Source of the DNA: Schizochytrium sp. TIO01
Lineage: Eukaryota; Protista; Bigyra: Labyrinthulomycetes
Assembly (NCBI GenBank): GCA_004764695.1
Contig: SMSO01000035.1
Span: 806,001 to 870,000, forward strand
DNA length: 64,000 nucleotides
Direction: 5' to 3'
The stretch's first letter is position 1, and each line of letters begins with the position of its first letter. Below, in pieces: positions 61,773 through 64,000 of this stretch. Below the pieces are notes generated by a model. It did no database searches. It was not told where the DNA came from and saw only the letters and a program-made list of their open reading frames with translations. A program made the translations under genes and the position numbers.

Positions 61773-64000
61773 CAACTAACAGAGATGCAAAGGGTCCTCT
61801 GAGAACGATCGACCAGCCAGCCAGCCAGCCAGGGCTCAACGAGGGACCCCGTTCCGCCGCCGCGGCCGTTCTTTCGCAGGCAGGCTCGAGAGAAGCAAGC
61901 AAGCAAGAGAGAGAGAGAGAGATGGCGGGTTCCTCTTGGTCCCAGGCGCCTCTCGATTCGGCGTTCCAGGCGCGTGGCCTGGCCCGCCTAGCACTACCTA
62001 CGGCCTCGTTAGTCGAGATTGCGAGAGCGGGAAAAAACTAGCTCTGCTCAGCTCTGCTCAGGGAAGGCGGCAGGAAATTTTGAAATTTATCTTCAGAAAA
62101 GGAGTAGGAGTGGCTAGGGAGGCAGGTAGGCCCGCGAGAAGAAAAGAGAAGAGAACAGAAGAGAAGAGAACAGCGGTTCTGCAGTCAATTTGAACCGTTT
62201 TGAAAAACAAAGGCGGATTTGAAGCGGAGCGGATACGGCGACTTTTCAAGCTCGAGCGATGCGCTCTGAGCGGGAGGGAGAGGGCGAGAGAGCAGTGAAG
62301 AGCTTTGCCTCGTTCTCGCGGACCCTGCTCCAGCCCAGCGTTCGTAGAGACACCAGAAAACGAGTGAGCCGGAGGGAGGGAAGAAAACCAACCAGCAAGA
62401 AAAGCGAGCATCCCATGAGCGAGCTTCGCGTTGGCCGACCTGCTCACTCACCACTCCCTGTCCGTATCCTGGCCGTGCCTGCGATCGTGCTCGCGCCGCA
62501 GGGCCGAGGCAAGAATCGCCGCCTCTTCAGCCTCGCTCGCCCGCCCGCCCACCGCGAACCTTGCTTAAGGCAGGACCCTCGCTCGATGCGGCATCCAGGG
62601 CGTTGACGTGCCGCTGGTCCTGAAGTCCGTGCACTCGCTGTGCACGGCCTCTCTGCCTGAACGCCAGACGGACGACGAACCGGACGGCCAACTCGAACCC
62701 GGAGTCGAACTTGCCGAGGAGCAGGAGGTGCCGCAAGCGCGAGCAGGCAGGCAGACAGGCAGACAGGCAGACAGACGCTCCGCTTCCTCTGCTCGTGGTC
62801 CGTGCAGGCAGCGGCTCCGGAGACCTTTTCTTTCCTTCCACTGAAGATCAGCGTTGCGTTCTTGTCTTGCAAGATCTCCAATCCGGAGCAGCTGTGCAGC
62901 AGCAAAAGCATTCGCTCGAACTAGACCATGTGTGGCCTGGCGAGGTCGGTCAGCCTCGTCGCGTTCTTCTTCTTGGAGTCTTGGAGTCTTCCGGGCTTGC
63001 TTCTTCGCCAGATTGCGCTGCTTCGGAGTCGCCTCGCCTGGTCTACTCGTGGTGATCTTGCCCGCAATGGAGAGCACTCTCACAAGGGACAAGGGAAGAA
63101 AGAGTCCGTGTATGTGAGTGACTCAACTACCCATGGCCTCCTTGGGAACGGCGACCGGGAAGACTTAGACATCGTTGAATACATAAATAGATTATTAAAT
63201 AGATCACGAGCTAGGGAGACTAGCAGATAGATGGAGCAGGATACCAGCAAAAACTCCGTCGGCGCAGTGGCCAGGAATACATTTGCGAAAGAAGGTCTGC
63301 GAGCCCACGCATGCATGCATGCGTGCACTCATTTATCCATTGCGATTTTCTGTCCCGCGACGTTGCAAACGCTTGAGTGAAAAAGGGCCAGGACACTTCG
63401 AGAAGTGGATCGATCGTCCAGAGACAATTTTGGCGAGTTTTCACTTCGAAGTGACAAGAGGACTCTGAATTTATTGGTTGGTTCCAAGCCAGAGAATAGT
63501 TAGTAGACAGGATCAAAGGATCGAAGGAGACAACTTTTGAGGGCTAAGGACTCCATCGCACTCATCTTAGATCGTCTCGTACAGGCAGTTCATAAGCGCC
63601 TAGGTCTAGCAAGCATCATCCCAACAAAAAGAAGAGACAAAGAAACCTGGAGAAAGGGGTTGAAAAGTGAACTAAGGTTTTCCTCTTCTGTTCTTTCACG
63701 TGGATCTGAAAGTTCCTTTGATTAATTTTTTTAGCTAAAAGAGAAAAGAATGTAAGAAGAAAATACTTTCTGGTTTGATAGAGGAAAAGGTGCCGAAAGA
63801 GCAAATACACTTATTGAAGGGAGGGAAGGCTGGAAGCTGTCTCCTGCTAAAAGGAAGTATCTAAGGTGCAGAAGCAGCGGCACGTGGTGGCCCACCAATG
63901 TACTAGCACTCTGAACCTTCCATATCTGCAATTTCTGCTAGGTAACGCATAGTAGGCACTGCCTACGAGCTGCTGTCATTGAGTGCCCATCACCCTTCAA

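Overview
Eukaryotic genomic DNA with GT-AG introns, microsatellites and a histone H3/H4 pair. The sparse introns, H3 'FQGSAV' and gene content suggest a stramenopile protist, probably a thraustochytrid/labyrinthulomycete (inference only). Bases 1-47.2 kb carry intact host genes: cytidine deaminase, divergent H3/H4, an IQ-HECT E3 ligase, L-asparaginase, a MATE transporter, three tandem YdcZ-type DMT transporters, a YeiH-type transporter, class III ADH, CK2 alpha (2 introns), RPS4 (ATG-only first exon) and glyoxalase II. From about 47.5 to 59.7 kb the sequence becomes compact, apparently intron-free and more AT-rich, and most ORFs are broken. Reading through stops and frameshifts by hand recovers a heliorhodopsin, a Zn-ribbon/PD-(D/E)xK endonuclease, an intact RuvC/poxvirus-A22-type Holliday junction resolvase, a REase+kinase fusion, a ~1000-aa membrane-anchored M11-like metallopeptidase and orphan ORFs. 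I interpret this block as a decaying endogenous large-DNA-virus element (Mirusviricota- or Nucleocytoviricota-like); no capsid or polymerase gene could be recognised by eye. A second notable signal is a fission-yeast-like Homol-E/Homol-D module in the RPS4 promoter. The last 4 kb is microsatellite-rich with no recognisable gene.
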